From Candidatus Thorarchaeota archaeon (GTDB lineage: Archaea; Asgardarchaeota; Thorarchaeia; Thorarchaeales; Thorarchaeaceae), in the NCBI GenBank assembly GCA_048882045.1, contig JBHLRZ010000056.1, positions 1 to 14,601 on the forward strand: DNA of 14,601 nt. The letters run 5' to 3'. A program made the position numbers and the translations under genes. Under the pieces are notes generated by a model. That model made no database searches. It was given only the letters and a program-made list of their open reading frames with translations, and had not been told where the DNA came from. Of the stretch, positions 1-8,078 are shown one piece after another. Positions within the stretch are counted from its first letter, which is position 1. Each line of letters starts with the position of its first letter.

Positions 1-653
1 TAAAGAAATATGCAACCAAGACATCGCTTGGCATCCTGTTCATTGCAGTCCAACTAGTGGATATCGCGTTCTTTATCCTTGTTTCACTGGGAATTGAGCA
101 CCTGCAAATTATCCCTGGTTTTACTGAAGCCAATCCATTCGATCTCTACGATTATCCAATAACTCATAGTCTTCTTGGATCCTTTGCATGGGCTCTTGGG
201 ATTTTTCTAGTAGTTCGTTTCATTCCTCTGCGCTCGATTGAAGCCGCTGATAGGCAGAAAATTGCACTTGTCCTGAGTGCAGCTGTATTTTCTCACTTTC
301 TCTTGGACATCATTGTCCATTCTCCGGATTTACTGTTGATTCCTGGATTTGATATAATGATTGGATTAGGACTCTGGAATAGCATCATACTTACTGTTGC
401 AGTCGAACTTGCCATTCTTTTGGTAGGTTGTTGGATATATCTCCAATCAACAACACAAGGAACAGGCTTGGTGGGGAATTATGGAATGTTTGTCTTCATG
501 ATTGTGCTAACAATCATCACCATAATGACACCAATCATGACGTTTCCGGATGTGTTGACGGTCGTAATAACATCAGAACCATTGTATGCAGTTTTCGCTT
601 TGGCAGCATGGTGGTTGGATAGTAAGAGGAGTGCGATTGGGAGTACCGAGTAA
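1..653 (+). CDS. Membrane-bound metal-dependent hydrolase-like protein (YdjM-like), 5'-partial
   Basis: Frame is open back to the window edge (KKYATKTSLGILFIAVQLVD...), so the GTG at 57 is internal. Motifs Q-L-V-D, ITHSLLG and SHFLLD, with multiple TM helices. Stop overlaps the next start (TAATG). Confidence 0.7.
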   Translation, partial: KKYATKTSLGILFIAVQLVDIAFFILVSLGIEHLQIIPGFTEANPFDLYDYPITHSLLGSFAWALGIFLVVRFIPLRSIEAADRQKIALVLSAAVFSHFLLDIIVHSPDLLLIPGFDIMIGLGLWNSIILTVAVELAILLVGCWIYLQSTTQGTGLVGNYGMFVFMIVLTIITIMTPIMTFPDVLTVVITSEPLYAVFALAAWWLDSKRSAIGSTE

Positions 654-1471
654 TGATTGAGTCGAAGGAATCTGATTACAGAACAATTATTTTGTTCATG
701 GCGGTCAGTCTTGTCATCATCTTGGCATATATCTGGTTGTTCGAGATTGTTCAATCAATTGAAGCAGTCAGCGGAGGACTCATTCATCGCACATTGCTAT
801 TGAATGTGCCCCTATTGATTGGAGCCATTGTACTAGTTTTAGTTGTGTATGGAGGACTCCAAGCGAAGGACTTCGGGTTGGTTGGCAGGAAACTCCCACT
901 TGCGTTTGTTGCGTGTTTACTCACCTGGGTTTTTGTTCAGGTCATGGAAGGAGTTGCAAGTATCGTTGGCACAGGTTCCGCACAATTCAACCCAATATGG
1001 AGCACGGAAGCTACTGTATTGGTGGGCCTACTGATTGGAATGCTTTTTGGAACAGCTCTCTATGAGGAGGTGGGATTCAGAGGATTTCTTCTGGTTCAAT
1101 TCGACATGAAGATGACGGACGTTACTTCGAACAAGTATTTCCGAATCACATTAGCCCTGCTTTTCTCACAGGCACTCTTCACGCTGGTTCACATACCCTG
1201 GAAAGTCATGAATCAAGGATGGACAGTGTCTGTCTTCTTCGACCTGATCTTCAGTGTTTTCATGAATGGACTAATCTATGGTGTACTCTATCTGAGGACT
1301 GAAAACCTATTCTTTGTCATGGGAATTCATGCCTTAGGAAACGCACCAACTTCCTTGTTTATCTCCTCAATCGGAGAATCGAACTTGATCCTGCTAATGG
1401 CAATTATATGGGCGGTTGTTTGGCCCAAACTGAGGAAATGGGAGAAAGAAGACACAGTACCTGACAATTAG
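653..1471 (+). CDS. CPBP (CAAX/Abi) family intramembrane metalloprotease
   Basis: Canonical motifs EEVGFRG, FTLVH and HALGN; polytopic membrane protein; translationally coupled to the upstream gene. Confidence 0.92.
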   Translation: MIESKESDYRTIILFMAVSLVIILAYIWLFEIVQSIEAVSGGLIHRTLLLNVPLLIGAIVLVLVVYGGLQAKDFGLVGRKLPLAFVACLLTWVFVQVMEGVASIVGTGSAQFNPIWSTEATVLVGLLIGMLFGTALYEEVGFRGFLLVQFDMKMTDVTSNKYFRITLALLFSQALFTLVHIPWKVMNQGWTVSVFFDLIFSVFMNGLIYGVLYLRTENLFFVMGIHALGNAPTSLFISSIGESNLILLMAIIWAVVWPKLRKWEKEDTVPDN

Positions 1472-1585
1472 TCTGAAAGAGGAATTGAAAAACCCTAGAT
1501 TGCGAAGCAAAGTGTCTACAGTCAGTGTGTCCCACAACAGCTTGTATCCAGAGGAAGTTTGTTATGGACTTCGATGGAAAATAGC

Positions 1586-1610
1586 CGAGAAATTTATAAC
1601 GGCGTTATAA
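1586..1610 (+). promoter_or_regulatory. BRE/TATA promoter of the DUF998 gene overlapped by a perfect palindrome (operator-like)
   Basis: CGAGAAA followed by TTTATAA; TTATAACG-G-CGTTATAA at 1594-1610. Confidence 0.6.
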
Positions 1611-1673
1611 TAATGGCTCCATTAATTTCATTCGTGGAAATTGGTTAATCAAAAGGGGAGAGATAATAGTATT

Positions 1674-2273
1674 ATGACTCTCGATAATGAAAAGGTAGCT
1701 GGGCTACTCTTATTCTTTGGAACACTACAGGGGATTTTCGTCGTACTAATATTGGCATTAGTTGAACCTGGATACAGCTTCTCTACTAATTTCATCAGTG
1801 ATTTAGGAGACCTAAGTGCCTCTAATGCCCTCATATTCAATCTTTCAACGATTATTTGGGGTCTTGGCATATTAATAGCAGGCTTCCTCCTATATCGCGC
1901 TTCAGCAACAGAATCAATATTCCCTAACAGGTTATTTGCAATCCTGATCGTACTCTGTGGCATTTGCACCATTGGGGTAGGACTTGCTCCAATAAATTCC
2001 TCTCCCAGTATCTATCCATTACCTTTACACGTTATTTTTGGAGACATCTTAGCTGGACTCAGAGTAATCGCGATGTTTGTTTCATTCAAGATTATGAACC
2101 CCCCCTTATCATACATCCAGATAATTCTGGGAGTAATGGCATTCGTGTTGACTTTCCTTTTTCTCACAGCCATTGATTTCGGTCTGGGAGTGGGTGGAAT
2201 TCAACGAGTGAGCAGAGTGGTCTTATATGCGTGGTTGTTTATCATATCCACACATCTCATGAACAAATCCTAG
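1674..2273 (+). CDS. DUF998 family membrane protein (cassette cargo)
   Basis: PGYSFSTNFISDLG, IFN, GVG, LH and GGIQR motifs; about 6 TM segments. ATG 1674 preferred over TTG 1641 because a purine-rich tract (AGGGGAGAG) precedes it. Confidence 0.8.
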   Translation: MTLDNEKVAGLLLFFGTLQGIFVVLILALVEPGYSFSTNFISDLGDLSASNALIFNLSTIIWGLGILIAGFLLYRASATESIFPNRLFAILIVLCGICTIGVGLAPINSSPSIYPLPLHVIFGDILAGLRVIAMFVSFKIMNPPLSYIQIILGVMAFVLTFLFLTAIDFGLGVGGIQRVSRVVLYAWLFIISTHLMNKS

Positions 2274-2320
2274 AGTCAAGATACACAGATACAGAATTAG
2301 AAGAATCAAACAAACGGAAC

Positions 2321-2368
2321 GAGGGAATAAGGGAAATTCCTGAGAAGGGAATTTCCTATCCTCTTTTT
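2321..2368 (+). terminator. Hairpin plus T-tract after DUF998
   Basis: GGAAATTCC (2332-2340) pairs with GGAATTTCC (2348-2356), extendable with bulges to GAGG/CCTC, followed by TTTTT. Confidence 0.6.
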
Positions 2369-2431
2369 AAGGTCTAAACTCAAAACACATTTTAATATTT
2401 GAATAAGTCCGCGACTACATAAAACTAGTAA

Positions 2432-2610
2432 TTGTCATGGGAGTTCATGCTCTCGGAAATGCACCTACATCTCTGTTTGTTTCATCAATTGGTCCTTCAA
2501 CCCTAATCCTACTATTGGCACTCATTTGGGCGGCTTTGTGGTCCAAACTACGAAGGTGGGAGGAGAGAAGTGTAGTACTTCGTAACTCAGCAATTGGCTC
2601 TGGAAGTTAA
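2432..2610 (+). pseudogene. Orphan (displaced) 3' end of a CPBP protease allele
   Basis: Translates VMGVHALGNAPTSLFVSSIGPSTLILLLALIWAALWSKLRRWEE...*; 33 of 43 aa identical to the end of 653-1471. Clear homology starts at TTGTCATGG (matching 1314-1322). Confidence 0.93.
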
Positions 2611-2767
2611 AATCCTGAGAGTTCCAGTTTGAGCCATATGTGCGAGTTCTATGTTCAATGGACACTAGAGTATAAGAAAATGAAATTGCGTCGGTAGTAA
2701 CGGAATTATAGGCAGAAAATATTGGATAACCGATATATCCCTACAAATTGTCCTCAGAGGGAGCTCT

Positions 2768-3337
2768 ATGACCAGTGAAGAAGTAATTGTATCACTGACA
2801 GAGAATGACAAGAGTAGTCTACATGAAACATTTGAGAGATGTGGCTTTTCAGACTTTGGATGGATTGATCCAAATGAGATTGTAGTTTCACAGTGGGTGC
2901 GCTTGAAGTGTGAGTTTGGGTGCGCGGATTACGGTAGGGCTTCTTGTCCTCCGAATCTTCCTTCAATATCTGAATGTCAAGAGTTTTTCAAGGAGTATAC
3001 AGATGCATGGGTATTCAGATTCTCGAAGAAATCCACTGACAAACAACAACTCGAAGATTGGGTGAAACAAATTGAGAGGCAACTATTGGACCTTGAGAGG
3101 GAGGTCTTTCTCCAAGGGTATGTCAAGGCATTTGTACTTCAGATGTCAAATTGCAACCTTTGTTCAGATTGCGCGACCAATAGAGGGAACTGCAAACACA
3201 AGAGACTGGCTCGTCCCACACCTGAGGGACTGGGGGTTGATGTTTTCAGCACAGTATCAAAACTAGGATTCCCGATTAAAGTTCTAAAAGACCGTTCAGA
3301 AGAGATCAACCGTTATGCCATCTTAATGGTACAGTAG
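2768..3337 (+). CDS. DUF2284 family predicted metal-binding protein
   Basis: WVRLKCEFGC.DYG...CPP, CNLCSDC...C, and ARPTPEGLGVDVFSTV pattern. Confidence 0.85.
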   Translation: MTSEEVIVSLTENDKSSLHETFERCGFSDFGWIDPNEIVVSQWVRLKCEFGCADYGRASCPPNLPSISECQEFFKEYTDAWVFRFSKKSTDKQQLEDWVKQIERQLLDLEREVFLQGYVKAFVLQMSNCNLCSDCATNRGNCKHKRLARPTPEGLGVDVFSTVSKLGFPIKVLKDRSEEINRYAILMVQ

Positions 3338-3477
3338 TACCAACGACTTTTTGTTTCTATTTCATATTGAACCAATGTTCGAGCGGTTTCAAATACTGTT
3401 TCTGTTTGTACGATACGTAGCATATGCAGGACTATTTATTACCCCCAACATTCACGTCAAGCAATTGGGAGATAGTT

Positions 3478-5226
3478 TTGACATCTGATTCGAACACAGA
3501 ATTGAGATTGTTTCAAGAGGCTCTTGAAATTAGACCTTCAACCAGAATTGAGATGGACTCAGCAATTGAGGTTTTGCAAAGGAATAAAGATAGGTGGATT
3601 AAGACAACCATCGACGATAGGATCAAGATTCTGGACGAATCAATTCAGGAGTTTGGTCGGATATGTGACAAATGGGTCACGCAGTCAGCACTAGCCAAGG
3701 GAGATTTCGACGACCCATATTCAATAGGAATGGAATGGATTGGAGGACCAGTGGCTATCCTCCGAAGTATGCGAGGATATCTACATGCATTGTATGATAT
3801 ATCTAATCATGGAAATCCGAAATTTCCGGGTCCGGTTTGGACTATGCCAAATGGACAAGTTGCAGTGAAAATCTATCCTAGTTCGATTTATGAACGGTTG
3901 GTCACACTCGGACTTACAGTCGAGGTGTGGATGGAGGATGGAATTTCTGAAGAACAGCTTGAAGAACTGCAAGCTGTGGTCTACAAAGAAAAGGAGCAAA
4001 ATGGATCTGTAGTTCTTGTCTTGGGTGGTGGCAATGTTTCAGGAATTTCAGTGAATGACTCTATGTACAAGCTTTTCGTAGAGAACCAGGTTGTCTTACT
4101 CAAAATGCATCCTGTCAATGAATATCTTGGTCCACTAATAGAGCGTTGTCTTAGTAGATTGATTGGTGAGGGCTTCCTTCAAGTTGTCTATGGAGGTGTG
4201 CCAGAGGTCAAATATATGTGCGAACATCCTAGTGTGAACGAATTGCACATGACTGGGTCTGACAAGACCTTTGAAACCATCATGTTTGGAACAGGTGAAG
4301 AAGGCATAAGAAGAAAGAAGGAGAACCAACCCCTTCTAACTAAACGATTTACGACAGAATTGGGAAATATCGCTCCTGCCATCATTGTGCCTGGCCCTTG
4401 GAGTGAGAGTGATTTCAACTACCAAGCTGAGCAACTTGTGTCACATCTGTGTGATAATGCCAGTTTCAGTTGCAGTCGCAGTCGAGTGATTCTACAGCAT
4501 TCAGATTGGCCTAAACGTATAGAGCTGCTTCAATCAATTGGAAATGTCCTCGAAAAGGTCCCCCTGCGAACTGCATACTATCCCGGTTCATTTGAGCAAC
4601 ATGCACACTTTCTCAATGTGCATCCTGAAGCAGAGCAGTATGGCATCGCTCAAGACGGACAGATTCCTTGGACCTTGATCAGTGGTGTTAATTCACAGAA
4701 TGTAGACGACATATGTTTTAGAGTTGAGTCTTTCTGTCCGGTCATTGCAGAATCAACCATTGATGCTCCTACCGTCAGTGAATACATCAGACGAGCAGTC
4801 GATTTCTCAAATGAACACCTCTGGGGAACATTGTCTGCAACTATAGTCGTCCATCCAAAGTCATTGAAAGATCCTGAAATTGCTACTGCGATTAAAGATG
4901 CTGTTAGTGACCTCAGGTATGGAATCGTAACTATCAATGGATTTCCTGGGGTGGGCTGGGCCATAGCCACTCCACCATGGGGTAGCTTTCCCGGAAACCA
5001 GCCGAATGACATTCAGTCAGGAACTGGCTTCGTCCATAACTCTTTCATGTTTTCGAATCCTCAGAAGACAGTTATACGAGCTCCATTCAGGATGAAACCA
5101 AAACCAGTTTGGTTCAACTCTAGGGCGAAGGTTTTCAAAAAGGTTGGAAAGAAGATGGCTATGTATGAGCTGAATCCGTCTTTACGCAAGATCCCAGGAA
5201 TGATTCTTGCAGCGTTAAGAGGGTAA
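3478..5226 (+). CDS. Aldehyde dehydrogenase family protein
   Basis: LGGGN, LLKMHP, HMTGS, catalytic Glu in TELGN and Cys in NASFSC, VESFCPV, WGTLS. TTG 3478 follows GGGAGA; ATG 3424 is the alternative start. Confidence 0.9.
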   Translation: MTSDSNTELRLFQEALEIRPSTRIEMDSAIEVLQRNKDRWIKTTIDDRIKILDESIQEFGRICDKWVTQSALAKGDFDDPYSIGMEWIGGPVAILRSMRGYLHALYDISNHGNPKFPGPVWTMPNGQVAVKIYPSSIYERLVTLGLTVEVWMEDGISEEQLEELQAVVYKEKEQNGSVVLVLGGGNVSGISVNDSMYKLFVENQVVLLKMHPVNEYLGPLIERCLSRLIGEGFLQVVYGGVPEVKYMCEHPSVNELHMTGSDKTFETIMFGTGEEGIRRKKENQPLLTKRFTTELGNIAPAIIVPGPWSESDFNYQAEQLVSHLCDNASFSCSRSRVILQHSDWPKRIELLQSIGNVLEKVPLRTAYYPGSFEQHAHFLNVHPEAEQYGIAQDGQIPWTLISGVNSQNVDDICFRVESFCPVIAESTIDAPTVSEYIRRAVDFSNEHLWGTLSATIVVHPKSLKDPEIATAIKDAVSDLRYGIVTINGFPGVGWAIATPPWGSFPGNQPNDIQSGTGFVHNSFMFSNPQKTVIRAPFRMKPKPVWFNSRAKVFKKVGKKMAMYELNPSLRKIPGMILAALRG

Positions 5227-5254
5227 CATTATCGGCAGCAGAGTAAGGATGTAG

Positions 5255-5332
5255 GTCATCATATCCAGCATAATCATGGTTCGTGAAGTTAAAGAAGAAT
5301 CTGAGCAAGTCGATAATGAAATAGAGATTTAG
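5255..5332 (+). pseudogene. Orphan 3' end of an allele of the 149-aa membrane gene
   Basis: VIISSIIMVREVKEESEQVDNEIEI* versus LIISSIIMVREVKEESAQIDSESES* (7781-7858); 68 of 78 nt identical; begins GTCAT right after an in-frame TAG. Confidence 0.92.
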
Positions 5333-5559
5333 AAATCTAATTTCTATGGACTACGAGCGTTTGGTAACCAACGGACAGCTCGATTCCAGTAACACAGGAA
5401 TAGGTTTCGAGTCCATTTACGGAATTCTGTGTCTTCGTGGATGTAGGTTCGATAATGTGTTCACACAGTAAGAGCACGATGGCAATATGATACAATCTAC
5501 AACATCGTTATGTGTGACTGCCAAATGGGGCTCAAAGTGAATCGGGTCCCGCTCCTTCT

Positions 5560-7161
5560 CTATTGAGCAAGGTGCGCCTTGATGCGTTCGAGTCGTGTCT
5601 TGTATGATGTTATACCAAATGGTTGTGTGTGATGTCTGCCAATGAGAATTTGAAGGGCTTCCAAGAATCCCGGGTAATTCTGGGCTATCTCCACATCCAC
5701 TCGAATTTCAGCTCTTCTCTTCCATATCGATAAAACGATCCCTGGAGGAATCATCAAAAGAGGAAAGATGATTATCATTGGGAAGAATGTAATAAAAAAC
5801 TCAATTGAGTAGTGAGAAAACATCCAAATCAATGAGATAGTCATGATGATGATAATAAGCCCCGAAAACGAATAGCTCATTCGATTATATTTCCTTTCGA
5901 TGTCTTTTCGCCTCAATTCTGAGAGAATCAGTGGCCCTGCTAAATCAGCATCTTGAATGTCCTTCAACATATGAGGAGAGAGATTGAAGATTGCTTCTTC
6001 AGAATAATCAGACTGTAGCCTCTCAACAACTAGACCAAACATCTCATCCTGGTGCGGTTTGACAGCTTTCACTGAGAGGTTCTGATAGTCGGGACTCTCG
6101 TTAAGAAATTGTTGGATGCTATCTGCAAATGGGTTTCGCACATCCCAGTCCGTGCTTCTCTTACTACGCGCTCTGATAATGGAAAACATGGGAATAATCA
6201 GGAATGTGAGTATGAATGCCATGAATCCGATAAATACTGAGAATATCAAGGGCACCATGATAAAGGCGAGCATGTGCGGAGAAAGTGAAATCAGGATAAT
6301 GAAGCTAGCAGGTATCGCAATAACGACTGTAATCAGGCTTCTTTTGATTATTTTCCTAAGGATACCTGGTTTCCCCTCCGCGTCATCCTGTTTTGCCTCT
6401 TCAATAACCTCATCAGGAATCTTGTATCCTGTGAGCACTTCTACGGTGACCGCTTCTGGTGAAGCTCCGTAAAGGGTCTCTAGGAATTCGTCAATCTTCT
6501 TGGTGCTCTGTGCAATCTTTAATGGAATTATAACCATGAATACCATGGCAGCTAGGAAAGGACCTATGAGGAAGAGTGACATGATATCAATTGAGAAAAA
6601 GGAAAACAGGCTAAATGTGAAGAAGAAACCTTCATTGAATGAGATAAACAAGAATACGAGAAGTCCTAGCGCTAAACTGCTAAGGGGTGATACTCTTTCC
6701 ATCATGAGTATTTCTCGTGCGAGAACAACCTTTCCCTTCTCAGGTCTTTCGAGTAAGTCACCAATAGTACTTTCAGATAGAAGAATGGCTTTGAAGAACA
6801 GATTGGTTGTGGAGAGAAAGACACCTCGGTCAATAGCACGAAACCAGAGCTGGATATTTTGACCTGTACCGGTATCTGTCTTTACTTCCTCAAAGAGAGA
6901 TTGTAATTCTGTATTGGTCACTGGATTGCGGAATCGCATGATTTTCAAGCCAAAGGTAGCGAACTGTATTATTAGACCTGCAAGTAATGATAGAATGAAC
7001 CACTCGAGAAGGCTGAACTCAATACCGAAAAATAATCCAATGCTCGATGGTATCAAAGCCCACAGCATACCGAGTAGAAAGAGCCCTTCGTAGAAGAAAC
7101 CATTGAATAGAAATATACCTGAACTCCTACCTGTTGGATCGAATTCACTCTGTGGGCTCAA
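5560..7161 (-). CDS. Polytopic membrane protein, M48/HtpX-like probable pseudoprotease, copy A
   Basis: 533 aa, TTG start. M48-like pattern but VLARE in place of HExxH; RRAEIRVD, LEALQIL and KTRLERI in the C-terminal part. Paralog of 8079-9731. Confidence 0.7.
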   Translation of the reverse strand: MSPQSEFDPTGRSSGIFLFNGFFYEGLFLLGMLWALIPSSIGLFFGIEFSLLEWFILSLLAGLIIQFATFGLKIMRFRNPVTNTELQSLFEEVKTDTGTGQNIQLWFRAIDRGVFLSTTNLFFKAILLSESTIGDLLERPEKGKVVLAREILMMERVSPLSSLALGLLVFLFISFNEGFFFTFSLFSFFSIDIMSLFLIGPFLAAMVFMVIIPLKIAQSTKKIDEFLETLYGASPEAVTVEVLTGYKIPDEVIEEAKQDDAEGKPGILRKIIKRSLITVVIAIPASFIILISLSPHMLAFIMVPLIFSVFIGFMAFILTFLIIPMFSIIRARSKRSTDWDVRNPFADSIQQFLNESPDYQNLSVKAVKPHQDEMFGLVVERLQSDYSEEAIFNLSPHMLKDIQDADLAGPLILSELRRKDIERKYNRMSYSFSGLIIIIMTISLIWMFSHYSIEFFITFFPMIIIFPLLMIPPGIVLSIWKRRAEIRVDVEIAQNYPGFLEALQILIGRHHTQPFGITSYKTRLERIKAHLAQ

Positions 7162-7192
7162 CTTCCCGCTCCAAGTTACCTAGATGTCGGAT

Positions 7193-7202
7193 TGCTATAA
7201 GG
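7193..7202 (-). promoter_or_regulatory. TATA box of copy A
   Basis: CCTTATAGCA on the minus strand, conserved at the same spacing upstream of copy B (9763-9772). Confidence 0.6.
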
Positions 7203-7299
7203 GTAGCGGCAAAGGCTGGTCATCATTTTGATCGGGAGAGAGTCACGTAGTTTCAAATCGAATGCTGCGAAAACACAGACATGTTGAGCAGGCCCCATA

Positions 7300-7318
7300 C
7301 GAAGGAACTATCAATAGG
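7300..7318 (+). promoter_or_regulatory. Relic copy of the ACAD promoter
   Basis: CGAAGGAACTATCAATAGG versus CGAAGGAACTATAAGCAGG (9871-9889), at the same distance from the paralog start. Confidence 0.6.
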
Positions 7319-7365
7319 ATCTACTATTGCGTGTATACTTAAAGGCAAATCTAAATAAAATCCGT

Positions 7366-7858
7366 ATGACTATCTCTTCAACAGATATCGAAATTATTAA
7401 GATTTCATTTGGAGGGACTGGAAAAAGTGGAAGGGAGACTTGGTGTAAAAATCGGGTTTGCGGGTGCTATCCTTGCTATGCTAGTATTCGCTGCCAAGGG
7501 AGCTAGCATGATTCCAGGGATCCAATTTACAGATAATTGGCAGCTAATTTTCTTTCTGATTCTATTGCTATCTCTGGCCATAATATCGATATTAACGCTC
7601 TATTTTTTGTATGCGCTTAGGAAACCTGAAATCATCGATAAACTGTACGAAAACCCTTACGCTGGCGGCATTGCTGGTGTCATGATTTCCTTTCCAATTG
7701 CATTGTCATTCATAGTTTTTGGGGAATACTACTTTGAGGATGCCTTCACTACAGTCTTCACTTTTCTCTGCGGATTCCTGCTCATTATATCCAGCATAAT
7801 CATGGTTCGTGAAGTAAAAGAAGAATCTGCGCAAATCGATAGTGAATCAGAGAGCTAG
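7366..7858 (+). CDS. Small 4-TM membrane protein; probable +1 frameshift near 7408 (or TTG start at 7409)
   Basis: ORF 7409-7858 has hydrophobic segments and an acidic tail. ATG 7366, about 25 nt after TATACTTAAA, reads MTISSTDIEIIKIS and joins LEGLEKV if one T of 7408-7410 is removed. Confidence 0.7.
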
Positions 7859-8040
7859 ATACCTAGCTGCAGAACTCGTAGAAAATGGTAATGATTTCAG
7901 AAGTCTTTGTATCTCCACTCAGATTCAATTGGCGCATCTCTTAGATATACCTTAGGATGGTTTGAGAAGTAAGACTTGTGACTCTTTTCTTTGGATTCCA
8001 AGTGGCTTGCAATCTGCTAGCTAAACCAAGACTCTCTTCC

Positions 8041-8068
8041 TTTCATACGAAAAGGCTAGAGTATGAAA
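8041..8068. terminator. Hairpin downstream of copy B
   Basis: TTTCATAC-N12-GTATGAAA perfect 8-bp inverted repeat, 10 nt past the stop codon. Confidence 0.45.
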
Positions 8069-8078
8069 ATTGCTTTCT

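Noticed and set aside
630-2604. SAIGS peptide shared by the first ORF's end and the CAAX fragment's end
   Set aside because: The DNA is dissimilar (AGT versus TCA/TCT serine codons), so this is coincidence.
5346-5416. tRNA gene
   Set aside because: No proper D, anticodon and T arm geometry; only a T-loop-like string.
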